Source: Puniceicoccales bacterium (lineage in GTDB: Bacteria > Verrucomicrobiota > Verrucomicrobiia > Opitutales > JAIRKQ01). From it: a stretch of 64,000 bases of DNA. The DNA is taken from assembly GCA_031257495.1 (NCBI GenBank), contig JAIRON010000003.1, forward strand, positions 2,980 through 66,979, written 5' to 3'. The notes below the pieces were generated by a model that had not been told where the DNA came from, did no database searches, and saw only the letters and a list, made by a program, of their open reading frames with translations. The translations under genes were made by a program, and so were the position numbers. Shown one piece after another: positions 21,843 to 32,157 of this stretch (position 1 is its first letter; each line of letters opens with the position of its first letter).

Positions 21843-22709
21843 ATGGCAATAATACAATCAAGACCGCTGACTCCCGGGCAGAGATTTCTAACAAAGATCA
21901 GTAGTGAACAGCTAACTTCCGCGCAAAATAAACCTTGCCGGGCGTTGACGCGCTCCAAGATTCGTAGCAGCGGCAGAAATTGCTACGGAAGAATCACATC
22001 GCGCAGGCGTGGTGGTGGCCATAAAAGGCTCAATCGTATCGTGGACTTTAGACGGGACAAATTTGATATCCCTGCCTCTGTCAAAGCAATAGAATATGAC
22101 CCGACGAGATCTGCAAACATTGCACTGCTGTCCTACGTAGATGGGGAGAGGCGTTATGTCCTTGCGACAAAGGACATGAAAATCGGAAGCAGAGTATGCA
22201 ACCGAAAGGCCAAAACTGATGATTTTTCCGATGGAACAGCAATGCAGCTAAGATTCATCCCTCAGGGCGTTTTTGTTCATTCCATAGAAAGTGAACCGGG
22301 TAGTGGCGCAAAGTTTGCTCGCGCAGCGGGAATGAGCGCCCAATTAGTTGCCATCGAAGATAATTTAGCGACGCTGAAGATGCCAAGCGGAGAGATTAGA
22401 TATTTGCACGCTAATTGCATGGCAACGGTCGGCGTTGTGGGAAATGAGGATCATGGCAAGCGTTCGCTTGGGAAGGCCGGGCGCAATCGCTGGTTGGGAC
22501 GTCGCCCCCGCGTGCGCGGCGTAGCAATGAATCCCGTGGACCATCCGATGGGTGGAGGGGAAGGGCGTACTTCCGGCGGAGGACACCCAGTGTCCCCGTG
22601 GGGGCAATTGGCAAAGGGTAAGCCTACGCGCAGAAAGGCGAAAATTTCCAATGCTATGATTTTGGTACGCAGGAACGGTAAAAAAATAAGAAAGGATAGT
22701 AAGGCTTAA
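21843..22709 (+). CDS. rplB: 50S ribosomal protein L2
   Basis: Contains [26 protein letters not shown]. Confidence 0.98.
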   Translation: MAIIQSRPLTPGQRFLTKISSEQLTSAQNKPCRALTRSKIRSSGRNCYGRITSRRRGGGHKRLNRIVDFRRDKFDIPASVKAIEYDPTRSANIALLSYVDGERRYVLATKDMKIGSRVCNRKAKTDDFSDGTAMQLRFIPQGVFVHSIESEPGSGAKFARAAGMSAQLVAIEDNLATLKMPSGEIRYLHANCMATVGVVGNEDHGKRSLGKAGRNRWLGRRPRVRGVAMNPVDHPMGGGEGRTSGGGHPVSPWGQLAKGKPTRRKAKISNAMILVRRNGKKIRKDSKA

Positions 22710-22711
22710 AT

Positions 22712-22984
22712 ATGACTAGGTCTAGAAAAAAAGGTTTCTTTGTAGATGTCTGTTTGATGGACAAGATAGCGAATGCACAGGAAAACAAATCTACTAAGCC
22801 TATCAAAACGTGGTCACGTCGCTCGACGGTAACCCCTGATTTTGTTGGATTGACTTTTTTGGTACACAATGGCAAAAAATTTATTGACGTTTACGTAACA
22901 GAAAACATGGTGGGGCACAAACTTGGCGAGTTTGCCCATACGAGGACGTTTAAGGCACACAATCCGCATACACAGAAGGCTTGA
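22712..22984 (+). CDS. rpsS: 30S ribosomal protein S19
   Basis: Contains [29 protein letters not shown]. Confidence 0.97.
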   Translation: MTRSRKKGFFVDVCLMDKIANAQENKSTKPIKTWSRRSTVTPDFVGLTFLVHNGKKFIDVYVTENMVGHKLGEFAHTRTFKAHNPHTQKA

Positions 22985-22993
22985 GATAATTAA

Positions 22994-23341
22994 ATGGAAG
23001 TAGTAGCAAAGTTTAAATATGCACGCATGTCGGCGAAGAAACTGCGGGATATCTCGCGGATATTGCGGGGTCGCCGGGCAACGGATGCGCTGTCGTTTTT
23101 GAAATTTTCGGCGCGCAAGTCGGCTAGATTGATTTTTAAAACTTTGTCCAGCGCCGTTGCAAATGCGGAAAATAACAATAACTTACTGGCTAGCAATCTA
23201 TTGATTGACAACGTTTTCATTGAAGAGGGTCCTGTGTTCAAGAGATTTATTCCGGCGGCTAGAGGGTCGGCACATCCCATTCGCAAGCGAATGAGTCACA
23301 TTCGCGTGATACTAAAGCAGGCAAACGTGGAGAAACGCTAA
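22994..23341 (+). CDS. rplV: 50S ribosomal protein L22
   Basis: Contains ARGSAHPIRKRMSHIRVIL. Confidence 0.95.
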   Translation: MEVVAKFKYARMSAKKLRDISRILRGRRATDALSFLKFSARKSARLIFKTLSSAVANAENNNNLLASNLLIDNVFIEEGPVFKRFIPAARGSAHPIRKRMSHIRVILKQANVEKR

Positions 23342-23342
23342 T

Positions 23343-23972
23343 ATGGGGCAAAAAGTAAATCCTATAGTGTTTAGATTGCCGATCAGAAGGGATTGGAGGT
23401 CTCGCTGGTTCGCAGATAAGAAAAATTTTGCTAGATTTGTTTGTGAAGATTTCAAAATTCGTGAATTTTTAAGATCGAAGCTGAAACATGCTTCCATAGC
23501 CGAGGTTGATATTGAACGTTCGGGAGAAAAAATCCGCGTAAAGCTGCTTACGCCTCGCCCAGGAGTGGTGATCGGGGTCAAGGGCAAAGAGCTTGAGCGC
23601 ATAAGCGGGTCCCTAAATAAGATTACGGGGCGGGATGTTCTCGTTGATGTGCAGGAAATAAAAAAGCCAGACCTGGTTGCTCAGCTGATATCGGATGGGG
23701 TTGCTTCCCAATTGGAACGGCGAGTTGCGTTTAGGCGAGCTCTTAAGAAAGCGGTACAGACGTCCATGAGTTTTGGGGCTAACGGAATTAGAATTAGGTG
23801 CTCCGGTCGCCTTGGTGGCGCCGAAATTGCGAGAAGTGAGGAACAAAAGGCTGGATGTGTGCCGCTACACACATTGCGCGAAAACATTGATTATGGCTTT
23901 TCCGAGGCAAACACGGTTTACGGAAAAATTGGAGTGAAATGCTGGATTTGCAACAAGCAAGCCAAGGAGTAA
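23343..23972 (+). CDS. rpsC: 30S ribosomal protein S3
   Basis: Starts MGQKVNPIVFRL; KH-domain region present. Confidence 0.97.
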   Translation: MGQKVNPIVFRLPIRRDWRSRWFADKKNFARFVCEDFKIREFLRSKLKHASIAEVDIERSGEKIRVKLLTPRPGVVIGVKGKELERISGSLNKITGRDVLVDVQEIKKPDLVAQLISDGVASQLERRVAFRRALKKAVQTSMSFGANGIRIRCSGRLGGAEIARSEEQKAGCVPLHTLRENIDYGFSEANTVYGKIGVKCWICNKQAKE

Positions 23973-23994
23973 AATATTGGATAAGGTTTTGTAA

Positions 23995-24423
23995 ATGAGC
24001 AACTTATTACCAGCAAAGACCAAATATCGCAAAGTGCAAAAGGGGCGAAATCGTGGCCATGCCAAGGGTGGTACCTCCGTAGTTTTCGGAGATTTTGCCA
24101 TACAGGCCTTAGAGCGGGGAAATATGACGGCTTCACAAATGGAAGCGGCTCGTGTGGCCATAAATCGACACTTAAAAAGAAAGGGAAAAATGTGGATGCG
24201 TGTGTTTCCGAGTAAGCCAATAACCAAGAAACCTGCGGAGACGCGCATGGGCAAGGGAAAAGGTCCTGTGGAATATTGGGTGGCGCAGATTAAGCCGGGC
24301 AATGTACTCTTTGAGGTGTCGGGGGTGTCAGTGACAGTTGCGCGGGAGGCAATGCGGTTGGCGGATGGAAAAATTCCCTTTCATTGTAGGTTTATAAGTA
24401 GGGATGAACAGAGTGCATTTTAG
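23995..24423 (+). CDS. rplP: 50S ribosomal protein L16
   Basis: Contains [14 protein letters not shown] and [13 protein letters not shown]. Confidence 0.97.
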   Translation: MSNLLPAKTKYRKVQKGRNRGHAKGGTSVVFGDFAIQALERGNMTASQMEAARVAINRHLKRKGKMWMRVFPSKPITKKPAETRMGKGKGPVEYWVAQIKPGNVLFEVSGVSVTVAREAMRLADGKIPFHCRFISRDEQSAF

Positions 24424-24428
24424 GAAAA

Positions 24429-24617
24429 ATGATGGGCAAGAATAAATTTGCAGAGCTATCGATGGGCGAACTCATTCAGAGGGAAAATGAGTTACGTACT
24501 GAGCTGGAAATGCTCAATTTGAAAAAAAATGTCGGCCAAGTGTCAAAGCCAAGCAGATTTTCTGAAATAAAGCGTGACATTGCGGCAATCATGACTACTA
24601 AGCGTGCATTATCGTAA
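24429..24617 (+). CDS. rpmC: 50S ribosomal protein L29
   Basis: 62-aa helical ORF in the L29 position between rplP and rpsQ. Confidence 0.88.
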   Translation: MMGKNKFAELSMGELIQRENELRTELEMLNLKKNVGQVSKPSRFSEIKRDIAAIMTTKRALS

Positions 24618-24633
24618 ATTAGGTATTTGTGGC

Positions 24634-24918
24634 ATGTCTGAAAATAATACAGTGAGTAGAAATAGTAGAAAAGTTTTGACGGGGACTGTTATCAGTCGCA
24701 CCGGTGATAAAACGATTAAAGTTGCTTATTCGTACAAAATTCCGCATCCGATGTACAAAAAGGAAATTAAACGCAAGACCGTTATTCACGTACATGATTG
24801 CGATAATAAGTGCAAGTTGGGTGATAGCGTTGAGGTTGTTGAAACTAGGCCATTGAGCAAGTTGAAACGGTGGCGGCTGAGCAGGATCATTAATTCTGCC
24901 GTTGAAATAAGAGGGTAA
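24634..24918 (+). CDS. rpsQ: 30S ribosomal protein S17
   Basis: I trimmed the start to ATG 24634. Contains VLTGTVISRTGDKTIKV and RPLSKLKRWRL. Confidence 0.93.
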   Translation: MSENNTVSRNSRKVLTGTVISRTGDKTIKVAYSYKIPHPMYKKEIKRKTVIHVHDCDNKCKLGDSVEVVETRPLSKLKRWRLSRIINSAVEIRG

Positions 24919-24939
24919 ATTTGTAGGCGGAGAGCAAAG

Positions 24940-25305
24940 ATGTTGCAGCAGGAAAGCATATTGCAAGTGGCAGATAATACGGGTGCGCGCCAGGTGAAAA
25001 TGATTCGCCGTTTGGGGCAAATAAAGCGCACGGCTTCGGTGGGAGATGTCATAGTGTGCAGCGTCCAAAAAAGCATCCCGGAAGCAGCAATAAAAAAAGG
25101 ATCCGTTGTTCGCGCAGTCATAGTGCGCAGTAAATATCCTATCCGCCGTTCCGATGGCAGTTATTTGAAGTTCGATTCCAACGCCTGCGTCATAATAGAT
25201 GATAAAAAAAATCCACGGGGAACACGCATATTTGGCCCCGTTGCTAGAGAGTTGCGGCAAAAAAACTTTACCAAAATACTATCCTTGGCACCGGAGGTCA
25301 TATGA
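24940..25305 (+). CDS. rplN: 50S ribosomal protein L14
   Basis: Starts [17 protein letters not shown]. Confidence 0.97.
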   Translation: MLQQESILQVADNTGARQVKMIRRLGQIKRTASVGDVIVCSVQKSIPEAAIKKGSVVRAVIVRSKYPIRRSDGSYLKFDSNACVIIDDKKNPRGTRIFGPVARELRQKNFTKILSLAPEVI

Positions 25306-25559
25306 AGTATAACTTGAAGAGAAACGATGAAGTGGTTGTAATTTGCGGTGACGACAGGGGAAAGTATGGCAAAATATTACAGGTAATGCGCGAAAAATCT
25401 CGCGTTGTCGTTGAAGGAGTTTCTGTTGCGACGAAGCATGTCAAAAAATCGCAGCAATATCCAGAGGGAGCCTTGCTCAAAGTTGAACGGCCAATACATA
25501 TCTCAAACGTTATGCTAAAGGCTAGGTATGATGCTAAACACAAACAGGGGACAACTTAG
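25302..25559 (+). CDS. rplX: 50S ribosomal protein L24
   Basis: KOW motif [18 protein letters not shown]; 4-nt overlap with rplN. Confidence 0.94.
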   Translation: MKYNLKRNDEVVVICGDDRGKYGKILQVMREKSRVVVEGVSVATKHVKKSQQYPEGALLKVERPIHISNVMLKARYDAKHKQGTT

Positions 25560-25645
25560 CAGGGAAAAATCTTGACTTAGTTATCGCCAGTATTTTGAGC
25601 GTGTCGGCTAAGCTGGGTCGAGTTCTGCTCGCGATGAGAGGTTAT

Positions 25646-26191
25646 ATGAGTGAGCCATTTTTAAAAGCATTATATAAAAGTACAATTATTGGAGAAATGA
25701 CGAAGGAGTTTGGTTATCCCAATGCTCATTGCATCCCGAAGATTGAAAAAATAATAATTAATTCTGCCATTGATGCCGGAGCGGATAAGACCCATGTTCA
25801 GGATGTGCAAAAGGATATTTCATCGATCTCTGGTCAAAAAGCTGTGATAACAAAGGCCAAAAAAAGTATATCAAATTTTAAATTGCGCCAGGGAATGCCC
25901 GTTGGGGTAAAAGTTACGCTGAGGGGGAACAAAATGTATGAATTTTTGCTAAAATTTATAGCAATTTCTCTGCCCCGCATAAGAGATTTTAGGGGCATAT
26001 CAAACAAGTTTGATGGTCGAGGAAATTACACCATGGGGATTGCGGACCATACCATTTTTCCGGAAATTAACATAGATCGTGATAAAAAGGTTGTGGGAAT
26101 GGACATATCGTTCGTAACAACTGCAAGCACTGATAAGGAAGGACATGCATTGATGGCGAAGTTCGGTATGCCGTTTAGGAGAAAGCAGTGA
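25646..26191 (+). CDS. rplE: 50S ribosomal protein L5
   Basis: I trimmed the start to ATG 25646 (MSEPFLK). Contains RDFRGISNKFDGRGNYTMGI. Confidence 0.94.
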   Translation: MSEPFLKALYKSTIIGEMTKEFGYPNAHCIPKIEKIIINSAIDAGADKTHVQDVQKDISSISGQKAVITKAKKSISNFKLRQGMPVGVKVTLRGNKMYEFLLKFIAISLPRIRDFRGISNKFDGRGNYTMGIADHTIFPEINIDRDKKVVGMDISFVTTASTDKEGHALMAKFGMPFRRKQ

Positions 26192-26198
26192 GGTTTGT

Positions 26199-26504
26199 AT
26201 GGCTAAAAAATCATCGGTAGTAAAAAATGAGAGGCGAAAGGTATTGGTAAGCAAGTATGCAGCCCGCAGGATGGAAATAAAAAGGAAATTGCTCGATCCG
26301 TCGCTGTCCGACAGCGAATATTGGGCTGAAAGAAGAAATATGGCGAAGCTTCCAAAGGACTCTTCTTTCATACGGGTAAGGAATCGCTGTGCGGTGACGG
26401 GACGTTCACGCGGCTATCACGGATGGTTCGGTTTATCTAGGATCAAATTGCGTGAAATGATATCGTTTGGTGAAATTCCGGGGGTGACAAAATCTTCGTG
26501 GTGA
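26199..26504 (+). CDS. rpsN: 30S ribosomal protein S14 (long, apparently zinc-independent form)
   Basis: 101 aa. Contains RNRCAVTGRSRGYHGWFGLSRIKLREM with only one Cys. Confidence 0.94.
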   Translation: MAKKSSVVKNERRKVLVSKYAARRMEIKRKLLDPSLSDSEYWAERRNMAKLPKDSSFIRVRNRCAVTGRSRGYHGWFGLSRIKLREMISFGEIPGVTKSSW

Positions 26505-26529
26505 TGTTTTAGGAAAAATTTTTGAATAT

Positions 26530-26919
26530 ATGGACATAGTGAGTGATTTTTTTACCGTAATAAGGAATGGCAGCTCAGCCGAGAAAAAGTCCTGCATTAC
26601 GCGGTGGTCCAATCTATTGGAAGGTGTTGCCCGGGTGTTGAAAGATAATGGGATGATAAGAAATTTTGAAAAAGTTGACGGCGGAAACAATAAGTTTTCA
26701 TTGAAGATTGATTTAAAGTATGTCAACGGAATTCCGGCCATTACGGAAATTCATACGGTGAGCACACCGGGCTGCAGGCAATATTGTGGAGTTGGTGAAA
26801 TTCCCAGCGTGCTTGGTGGCATGGGTCTGGTCATTTTGTCCACATCCCGTGGGGTACTGTCGGGATTTGAAGCCAACAAGAATGGTGTTGGCGGTGAATT
26901 ATTGTGCTATGCCTGGTAA
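26530..26919 (+). CDS. rpsH: 30S ribosomal protein S8
   Basis: Starts MDIVSDFFTVIRNG; ends GGELLCYAW. Confidence 0.95.
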   Translation: MDIVSDFFTVIRNGSSAEKKSCITRWSNLLEGVARVLKDNGMIRNFEKVDGGNNKFSLKIDLKYVNGIPAITEIHTVSTPGCRQYCGVGEIPSVLGGMGLVILSTSRGVLSGFEANKNGVGGELLCYAW

Positions 26920-26930
26920 GCGGAGTTTAT

Positions 26931-27473
26931 ATGAGTAGAATAGGAAAGTTGCCGATAAAAATTCCCACAGGAGTAAAAGTTTTAGTGAATGGTGCGACCG
27001 TTTCCATAGAGGGGCCACTTGGAAAAAACGAGAAAACTTTTGACGATTCGGTACTAATCAAGGTTGAAAATGGCGAGGTGTGCATTTATCCCACTGATGC
27101 GAGTAGTGATCATTCTTTGATAATGCACGGAACGGTTCGTTCCATAGTGGCTTCGATGGTTGCTGGGGTTGTAAGTGGCTATAAAAAGAATTTGGAAATT
27201 AATGGCGTTGGGTTTAAGGCAACCATGAAAGGTAAAGTTATAGATCTCGATCTTGGCTTTTCCCATGATATTTTGCATGAAATTCCAGCTAGAGTTAAGA
27301 TTGATATCGATCAAACAGGAACAAAGTTGTCTGTTTCAGGCGTGGACAAGCAATTAGTTGGCCAGGTTGCCGCTGATATAAAGTCATACTATCCCATCGA
27401 GCCCTACAAGGGTAAAGGTGTGCGCATAATTGGGGAATTTGTGCGCAGAAAGGAGGGCAAAAAGACGGCCTAG
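26931..27473 (+). CDS. rplF: 50S ribosomal protein L6
   Basis: I trimmed the start to ATG 26931 (MSRIGKLPIKIPTGVKV). Confidence 0.95.
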   Translation: MSRIGKLPIKIPTGVKVLVNGATVSIEGPLGKNEKTFDDSVLIKVENGEVCIYPTDASSDHSLIMHGTVRSIVASMVAGVVSGYKKNLEINGVGFKATMKGKVIDLDLGFSHDILHEIPARVKIDIDQTGTKLSVSGVDKQLVGQVAADIKSYYPIEPYKGKGVRIIGEFVRRKEGKKTA

Positions 27474-27503
27474 CGCTGGGAAAATTCAACGGGGTTTAAT
27501 CGA

Positions 27504-27866
27504 ATGCAGCTGAAACAAAAAATAAATTTGCGGGCAAGGAGGAAGGCAAGGGTACGCAAGTGTGTGCGTGGGTCGGCGGAAAAACTGCGACTGTCCGTAC
27601 ATTTTTCTTCCAAGCACATTTATGCCCAGTGCATAGACGATGATGCGCAGAGGACGCTTGTGTTTTTGTCCACGTTGTCGAAGGAATGTGTGGATCAGAA
27701 ACTATCTTCCAATGCGAATGGAGCGGCGACGATGGGGGCTCTCTTTGGAAAGAAGGCCGTTGCCGCAGGTATTAGGGCCGTCGTGTTTGACCGTGGAGGT
27801 CGCCGATACCACGGTTGTGTGAAGGCGTTTGCCAATGCCGTGCGTGATGCCGGATTAGAGTTTTGA
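27504..27866 (+). CDS. rplR: 50S ribosomal protein L18
   Basis: Contains [26 protein letters not shown]. Confidence 0.95.
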   Translation: MQLKQKINLRARRKARVRKCVRGSAEKLRLSVHFSSKHIYAQCIDDDAQRTLVFLSTLSKECVDQKLSSNANGAATMGALFGKKAVAAGIRAVVFDRGGRRYHGCVKAFANAVRDAGLEF

Positions 27867-27877
27867 GATTTTTTGAC

Positions 27878-28444
27878 ATGAGTGATTTAAAGAAAGCTGA
27901 CAGGATTGATTCAAATTTCAGGAGAAGGAAAGAGCGGGGGGGGGCGACGCCCAGCAATGTGGACAAGGAAATTGTTTTACAGGAAAAAGTTGTGCACATT
28001 AACCGCTGCGCGAAAGTTGTTAGTGGGGGGCGGCGCTTCGGTTTTGCAGCTCTCGTTGTCGTTGGCAATCAGATGGGGAGAATAGGCGTGGGCTACGGAA
28101 AGGCAAAGGAGGTTCCCGACGCGATAAAAAAAGGAACGGAAAGGGCCAAAAAAAATATGATGTCTTTTAATATGAAGGAAAATACGATTCCCCACATGGC
28201 GATTGGCATATCCGATGGTGGGCGGGTTCTTCTACGTCCGGCAAGCCCCGGTACGGGCGTTATAGCTGGAGGCGGGGTTCGTGCTGTCCTGGAGGCACTT
28301 GGAGTAAGGGACGTTTTAACAAAGTCGCTTGGATCGAAAAATCCATTTTCGGTGGTGCGTGCTACTATCAATGCGCTGCAAAAAATGAGGACATACGATC
28401 AGGTAAAGAGTGCTCGACTGGCAAGTGGTGATGATTTAGTTTAA
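27878..28444 (+). CDS. rpsE: 30S ribosomal protein S5 (with N-terminal extension)
   Basis: I prefer the ATG at 27878 over the TTG at 27863. Contains [27 protein letters not shown]. Confidence 0.93.
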   Translation: MSDLKKADRIDSNFRRRKERGGATPSNVDKEIVLQEKVVHINRCAKVVSGGRRFGFAALVVVGNQMGRIGVGYGKAKEVPDAIKKGTERAKKNMMSFNMKENTIPHMAIGISDGGRVLLRPASPGTGVIAGGGVRAVLEALGVRDVLTKSLGSKNPFSVVRATINALQKMRTYDQVKSARLASGDDLV

Positions 28445-28461
28445 GTGTTAGGGAATTTAAG

Positions 28462-28917
28462 ATGAGACTCAGCGAGCTGCCAAAATTAAGTGCTTATTCG
28501 AAATCAACGAAACGTCGAGGGAAAGGAGTCGGTAGCGGACAGGGCAAGACAGCTGGCCGTGGACATAAAGGTGGTAAGGCTCGGTCAGGCTATTCTCCGG
28601 CACCCTGTTGCTGTGGCGTTCCGTTTTATCGCCATTTTCCAATGCGAGGATTTTCTAATTTTAAATTTAGGGCGGAGTACTCCATTATTAATTTGGCTGA
28701 CTTGGAAAATGAAGATGCCGATTCCATTGATAAAAATTTCCTTTTTGCTAAAGGGTATATAAGATCAGCCGACGTGCTTGTAAAAGTTCTTGGGGACGGT
28801 AAATTTGACAAGCCAATTACCATAGTTGCCGATAAATTTTCCGCAAATGCCCGGGCATCCGTGAAAAAATCAGGAGGCCAAGCCATAGAACTCGCCAAAA
28901 AAGTTGATTCGAAATAG
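28462..28917 (+). CDS. rplO: 50S ribosomal protein L15
   Basis: Contains GKGVGSGQGKTAGRGHKGGKARSG. It follows rpsE directly with no rpmD. Confidence 0.95.
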   Translation: MRLSELPKLSAYSKSTKRRGKGVGSGQGKTAGRGHKGGKARSGYSPAPCCCGVPFYRHFPMRGFSNFKFRAEYSIINLADLENEDADSIDKNFLFAKGYIRSADVLVKVLGDGKFDKPITIVADKFSANARASVKKSGGQAIELAKKVDSK

Positions 28918-28923
28918 AAAATT

Positions 28924-30420
28924 ATGTTTTCCGCCTTTGTAAATTGCATAAAGATTGATGAGCTGCGGCGAAAGGTAATCATCACCCTTGTTTTGCTGTT
29001 TGTGGCACGCATAGGAGCCAATATTCCTTTGCCTGGTATAGACACTTCTCCCCTCAGCGAATTCATGTTGAGCAGGGCGGCTAATGGCGGGGGTTTGTTG
29101 GGAATGTTTAATATGTTTACCGGTGGCGCATTGATGAAGGGGGCAATTTTTGGACTCGGAGTTATGCCGTACATCAGTGCATCGATTATTTTACAATTAC
29201 TAGCGGCAATAAATCCGTCACTAGCTCGCATATCACAGGAAGGTGAGTCTGGACGGCAAAGAATTGCCCAATACACGAGATATACAACGATTTTAATTTG
29301 CATAATACAGGGGTTTTTACTCGTAACGGCCCTTGCAAATTACCCCGAAAAATTGTTCTATGGCTTTGATTCGTCGCGCTTTGGCGACATTGTAATAGTC
29401 AATAAAACCTCATTTTTCATAACCTCCACGATATTTTTGACAGCTGGAACGATGGCGTTGATGTGGCTTGGCGACCAAATTACCCAATACGGAATCGGCA
29501 ATGGGGTGTCGTTGCTGATCACAGCTGGTATATTGTCGAGTATGCCAACGGCACTTTCACAGGCAATAACGCTGCTCAGAGCCCCGGCGGGAATTGAAGG
29601 AGGTTCGCTTGGACTTTGGCATGGTTTACTTATGCTAGTTCTTTTGTTGAGCGTCGTGGCGCTGATGATCGCTGTCACGCAAGCCGATCGCAGGATTCCT
29701 GTGCAGTACGTGAACCGCGTTGTTGGACGCAAAATGTATGGAGGACAATCCTCCTATTTGCCGCTAAAAATCAACTATTCGGGGGTAATGCCCGTTATTT
29801 TCGCCAGTGCAATTTTGCTTTTTCCGCAGCAAATTTTCGCCTATATCGGTGCTTCCACGGGTGTAAATTTTTTTCAAAAGGTGTCCATTGCGCTGAATCA
29901 CGGTTCCACCACCTACTACCTAATTTATGGTACCATGATACTGTGTTTCAGTTATTTTTGGGTATCCATGATGTTTCGACCGGTCCAGGTCGCCGATGAT
30001 TTAAAGAAAAATGGTGGTTACGTGCCGGGGGTTAGGCCGGGTAATGACACGGCAAAATTTCTCGATTTTGTTATGACAAGGCTTACGCTGGCAGGCGCAC
30101 TTTTCCTGACCTTGATTGCCTTGTTGCCAGATTTTGTATGTTTTGTTTGTGGCATACCATACTCGATTGCGCTCTTTTTCGGAGGGACGGGAACTCTGAT
30201 TGCTGTCGGCGTGATATTGGATACGATGAAGCAGGTGGAAGGCTATTTGCTTCAAAAAAATTATGACGGCTTCATGAAGAAGGGCAAATTTCGCTCGCGC
30301 AGCGCGGTGGATAGCTTTAAAAAAGGAAATTCGAAGTTTGGTGGTAAATTTAAAGTAGCGCTATACTTGGTATGTGCGATCATTGCGGTGGTTGCACTGG
30401 TGCGGGTTTTTTTTGGATAA
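28924..30420 (+). CDS. secY: Preprotein translocase subunit SecY (with ~40-aa C-terminal extension)
   Basis: 498 aa, multi-TM. Contains GVMPYISASIILQLL. The canonical end ...YDGFMKKGKFRSR is followed by an extra hydrophobic segment. Confidence 0.96.
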   Translation: MFSAFVNCIKIDELRRKVIITLVLLFVARIGANIPLPGIDTSPLSEFMLSRAANGGGLLGMFNMFTGGALMKGAIFGLGVMPYISASIILQLLAAINPSLARISQEGESGRQRIAQYTRYTTILICIIQGFLLVTALANYPEKLFYGFDSSRFGDIVIVNKTSFFITSTIFLTAGTMALMWLGDQITQYGIGNGVSLLITAGILSSMPTALSQAITLLRAPAGIEGGSLGLWHGLLMLVLLLSVVALMIAVTQADRRIPVQYVNRVVGRKMYGGQSSYLPLKINYSGVMPVIFASAILLFPQQIFAYIGASTGVNFFQKVSIALNHGSTTYYLIYGTMILCFSYFWVSMMFRPVQVADDLKKNGGYVPGVRPGNDTAKFLDFVMTRLTLAGALFLTLIALLPDFVCFVCGIPYSIALFFGGTGTLIAVGVILDTMKQVEGYLLQKNYDGFMKKGKFRSRSAVDSFKKGNSKFGGKFKVALYLVCAIIAVVALVRVFFG

Positions 30421-30429
30421 GGTAATGAT

Positions 30430-31197
30430 ATGATCCCAATAAAAACGCCGGAAGAAATAATTAAGATGCGTGCCGCCTGTAGCGTTGCCGCTGAGGTATT
30501 GGACAAGATGTCAAACTTTGCCAGGGCAGGGATGTCGACGCAAGAACTGGATGATTTTGGCCGCAAATTGATGGAAGAGGCGGGAGCGACGAGTGCATGC
30601 TTCGGGTATCCTGGGAAAAAGTGTAAATTTCCGGCTTATGCCTGCATATCCATCAACGACGAGTTGGTTCACGGAATTCCCTCAAAGGAAGTAATTTTAA
30701 AGGATGGCGACGTCCTCAGCATCGATCTTTCTGTGTTTTATGACGGTTTCGTCGGAGACAATGCGCGCATAGTGCGAATAGGAAATATCAGTCCGGAGGC
30801 CGAAAAATTGTCAAAAGTTACCGAAGAAGCCTTGCTGATCGGCATTTCAAAGGCAATTGATGGCAATCGCGTTGGGGATATCTCCCATGCCATTGAGATG
30901 CATGCCATTGAGAATAATTGCGGTGTTGTGAAGGAGTACGTTGGCCATGGCGTAGGAAAAAAAATGCACGAAGAGCCGCAAATTCCAAATTATGGCCGTG
31001 CCCACAGTGGGCCGACTTTAAAAGCTGGCATGACGCTGGCCATAGAACCGATGTTTACCCAGGGAAATCCGGCTGTGTACGTGGGCGACGATGGGTGGAC
31101 AGTGAAAACGCGCGATGGATTGCTGGCGTCCCACTGCGAACATACGATTTTAGTTACAAATAGTTTGCCAGAAATCTTGACTTTGGTGAAAAAATGA
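30430..31197 (+). CDS. map: Type I methionine aminopeptidase
   Basis: Contains VGHGVGKKMHEEPQIPNYG and LAIEPM, and shows the metal-ligand pattern. Confidence 0.95.
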   Translation: MIPIKTPEEIIKMRAACSVAAEVLDKMSNFARAGMSTQELDDFGRKLMEEAGATSACFGYPGKKCKFPAYACISINDELVHGIPSKEVILKDGDVLSIDLSVFYDGFVGDNARIVRIGNISPEAEKLSKVTEEALLIGISKAIDGNRVGDISHAIEMHAIENNCGVVKEYVGHGVGKKMHEEPQIPNYGRAHSGPTLKAGMTLAIEPMFTQGNPAVYVGDDGWTVKTRDGLLASHCEHTILVTNSLPEILTLVKK

Positions 31198-31245
31198 TTT
31201 CTGAAATGGTGACTTGTGAAAATTTATTTAAATAGTTAGATAGTT

Positions 31246-31629
31246 ATGCCTCGTATTTTAGGAGTTGATATTCCAGACAACAAGAAAATTGTGTATGCTT
31301 TGAGGTATATACAGGGCATTGGCTTGACTCGCGCGCAAACCATAGTTGCAAAGGCGGGTTTGAATCCGGACATGCGTTCCAATGAGCTAAACGAGGAGCA
31401 CATAAATAAGATAACCTCCGTGATTAATAACGAGGGATGGAAGATCGAAGGTGATCTGCGCCGGGAGTTCATGGCTAATCTTAAGCGACTACAGGCGATC
31501 AGGAGTTACCGTGGGGTGCGGCACTATCGCGGGCTGCCCGTTCGTGGGCAGCGCACTTCAACGAACGCTAGAACGCGTAAAGGAGCTCGTAAGACAGTTG
31601 GAGTGGCAAAGAAAAATGATTCTAAATAG
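31246..31629 (+). CDS. rpsM: 30S ribosomal protein S13
   Basis: Starts MPRILGVDIPDNKKI. Confidence 0.97.
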   Translation: MPRILGVDIPDNKKIVYALRYIQGIGLTRAQTIVAKAGLNPDMRSNELNEEHINKITSVINNEGWKIEGDLRREFMANLKRLQAIRSYRGVRHYRGLPVRGQRTSTNARTRKGARKTVGVAKKNDSK

Positions 31630-31644
31630 AGGTTTGAAGACATA

Positions 31645-32130
31645 ATGAGTGATACATTGGATAGCAAAGTTGACGTTCCGCCACTGGCTGCTAAGGAGGC
31701 AGCAAAGGGCAAGTCGGGCATGGATAGCCTGTTTGGGGATGATGTTGGTGAAGTCAAAATAAGGAAAGCAAAAAAAAGTAAAAATGTATCGAGGGGAAAA
31801 TGCACCATACTGGCTACATTTAACAATACCCACGTCAGCTTTACAGATATGGGCGGGAATGTTATTTCCTGGTCCAATGCTGGAAAATGTAACTTTCGCG
31901 GATCGAGGAAGTCAACGGCCTACGCGGCGCAAGTGGTAGTGCAAGATGCTGGACGCACGGCCATGTCTCATGGGGTAAAGGAAGTGACGATTGTGGTGAA
32001 GGGACCGGGTATGGGTCGCGATTCGGCCATACGAACCGTTCAGTCCCTCGGCTTATCCATAGATGAGATCGTTGATGTTACCGCGGTTCCCCACAACGGA
32101 TGCCGTCCACGCAAACCTCGCCGAGTCTGA
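31645..32130 (+). CDS. rpsK: 30S ribosomal protein S11 (N-terminal extension, or later start at 31720)
   Basis: Contains ATFNNTHVSFTDMGGNVISWSNAG. About 30 extra N-terminal residues relative to the usual ~130 aa. Confidence 0.93.
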   Translation: MSDTLDSKVDVPPLAAKEAAKGKSGMDSLFGDDVGEVKIRKAKKSKNVSRGKCTILATFNNTHVSFTDMGGNVISWSNAGKCNFRGSRKSTAYAAQVVVQDAGRTAMSHGVKEVTIVVKGPGMGRDSAIRTVQSLGLSIDEIVDVTAVPHNGCRPRKPRRV

Positions 32131-32157
32131 TGAAATTTGCATAGTAGGAAATTTGAT

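Noticed and set aside
28626-29303. Long antisense ORFs inside highly conserved genes: 28626..29303 (225 aa), 24619..25260 (213 aa), 16837..17463 (208 aa), 11245..11811 (188 aa), 36397..37026 (209 aa), 6083..6604 and 7065..7583.
   Set aside because: Each lies opposite a gene whose product is unmistakably conserved (secY/rplO, rpsQ/rplN, rpsL/rpsG, rpoB, recD2, nusG/rplK, rplA). They have low-complexity, Ser/Arg/Pro-rich translations typical of shadow ORFs, and no SD or promoter.
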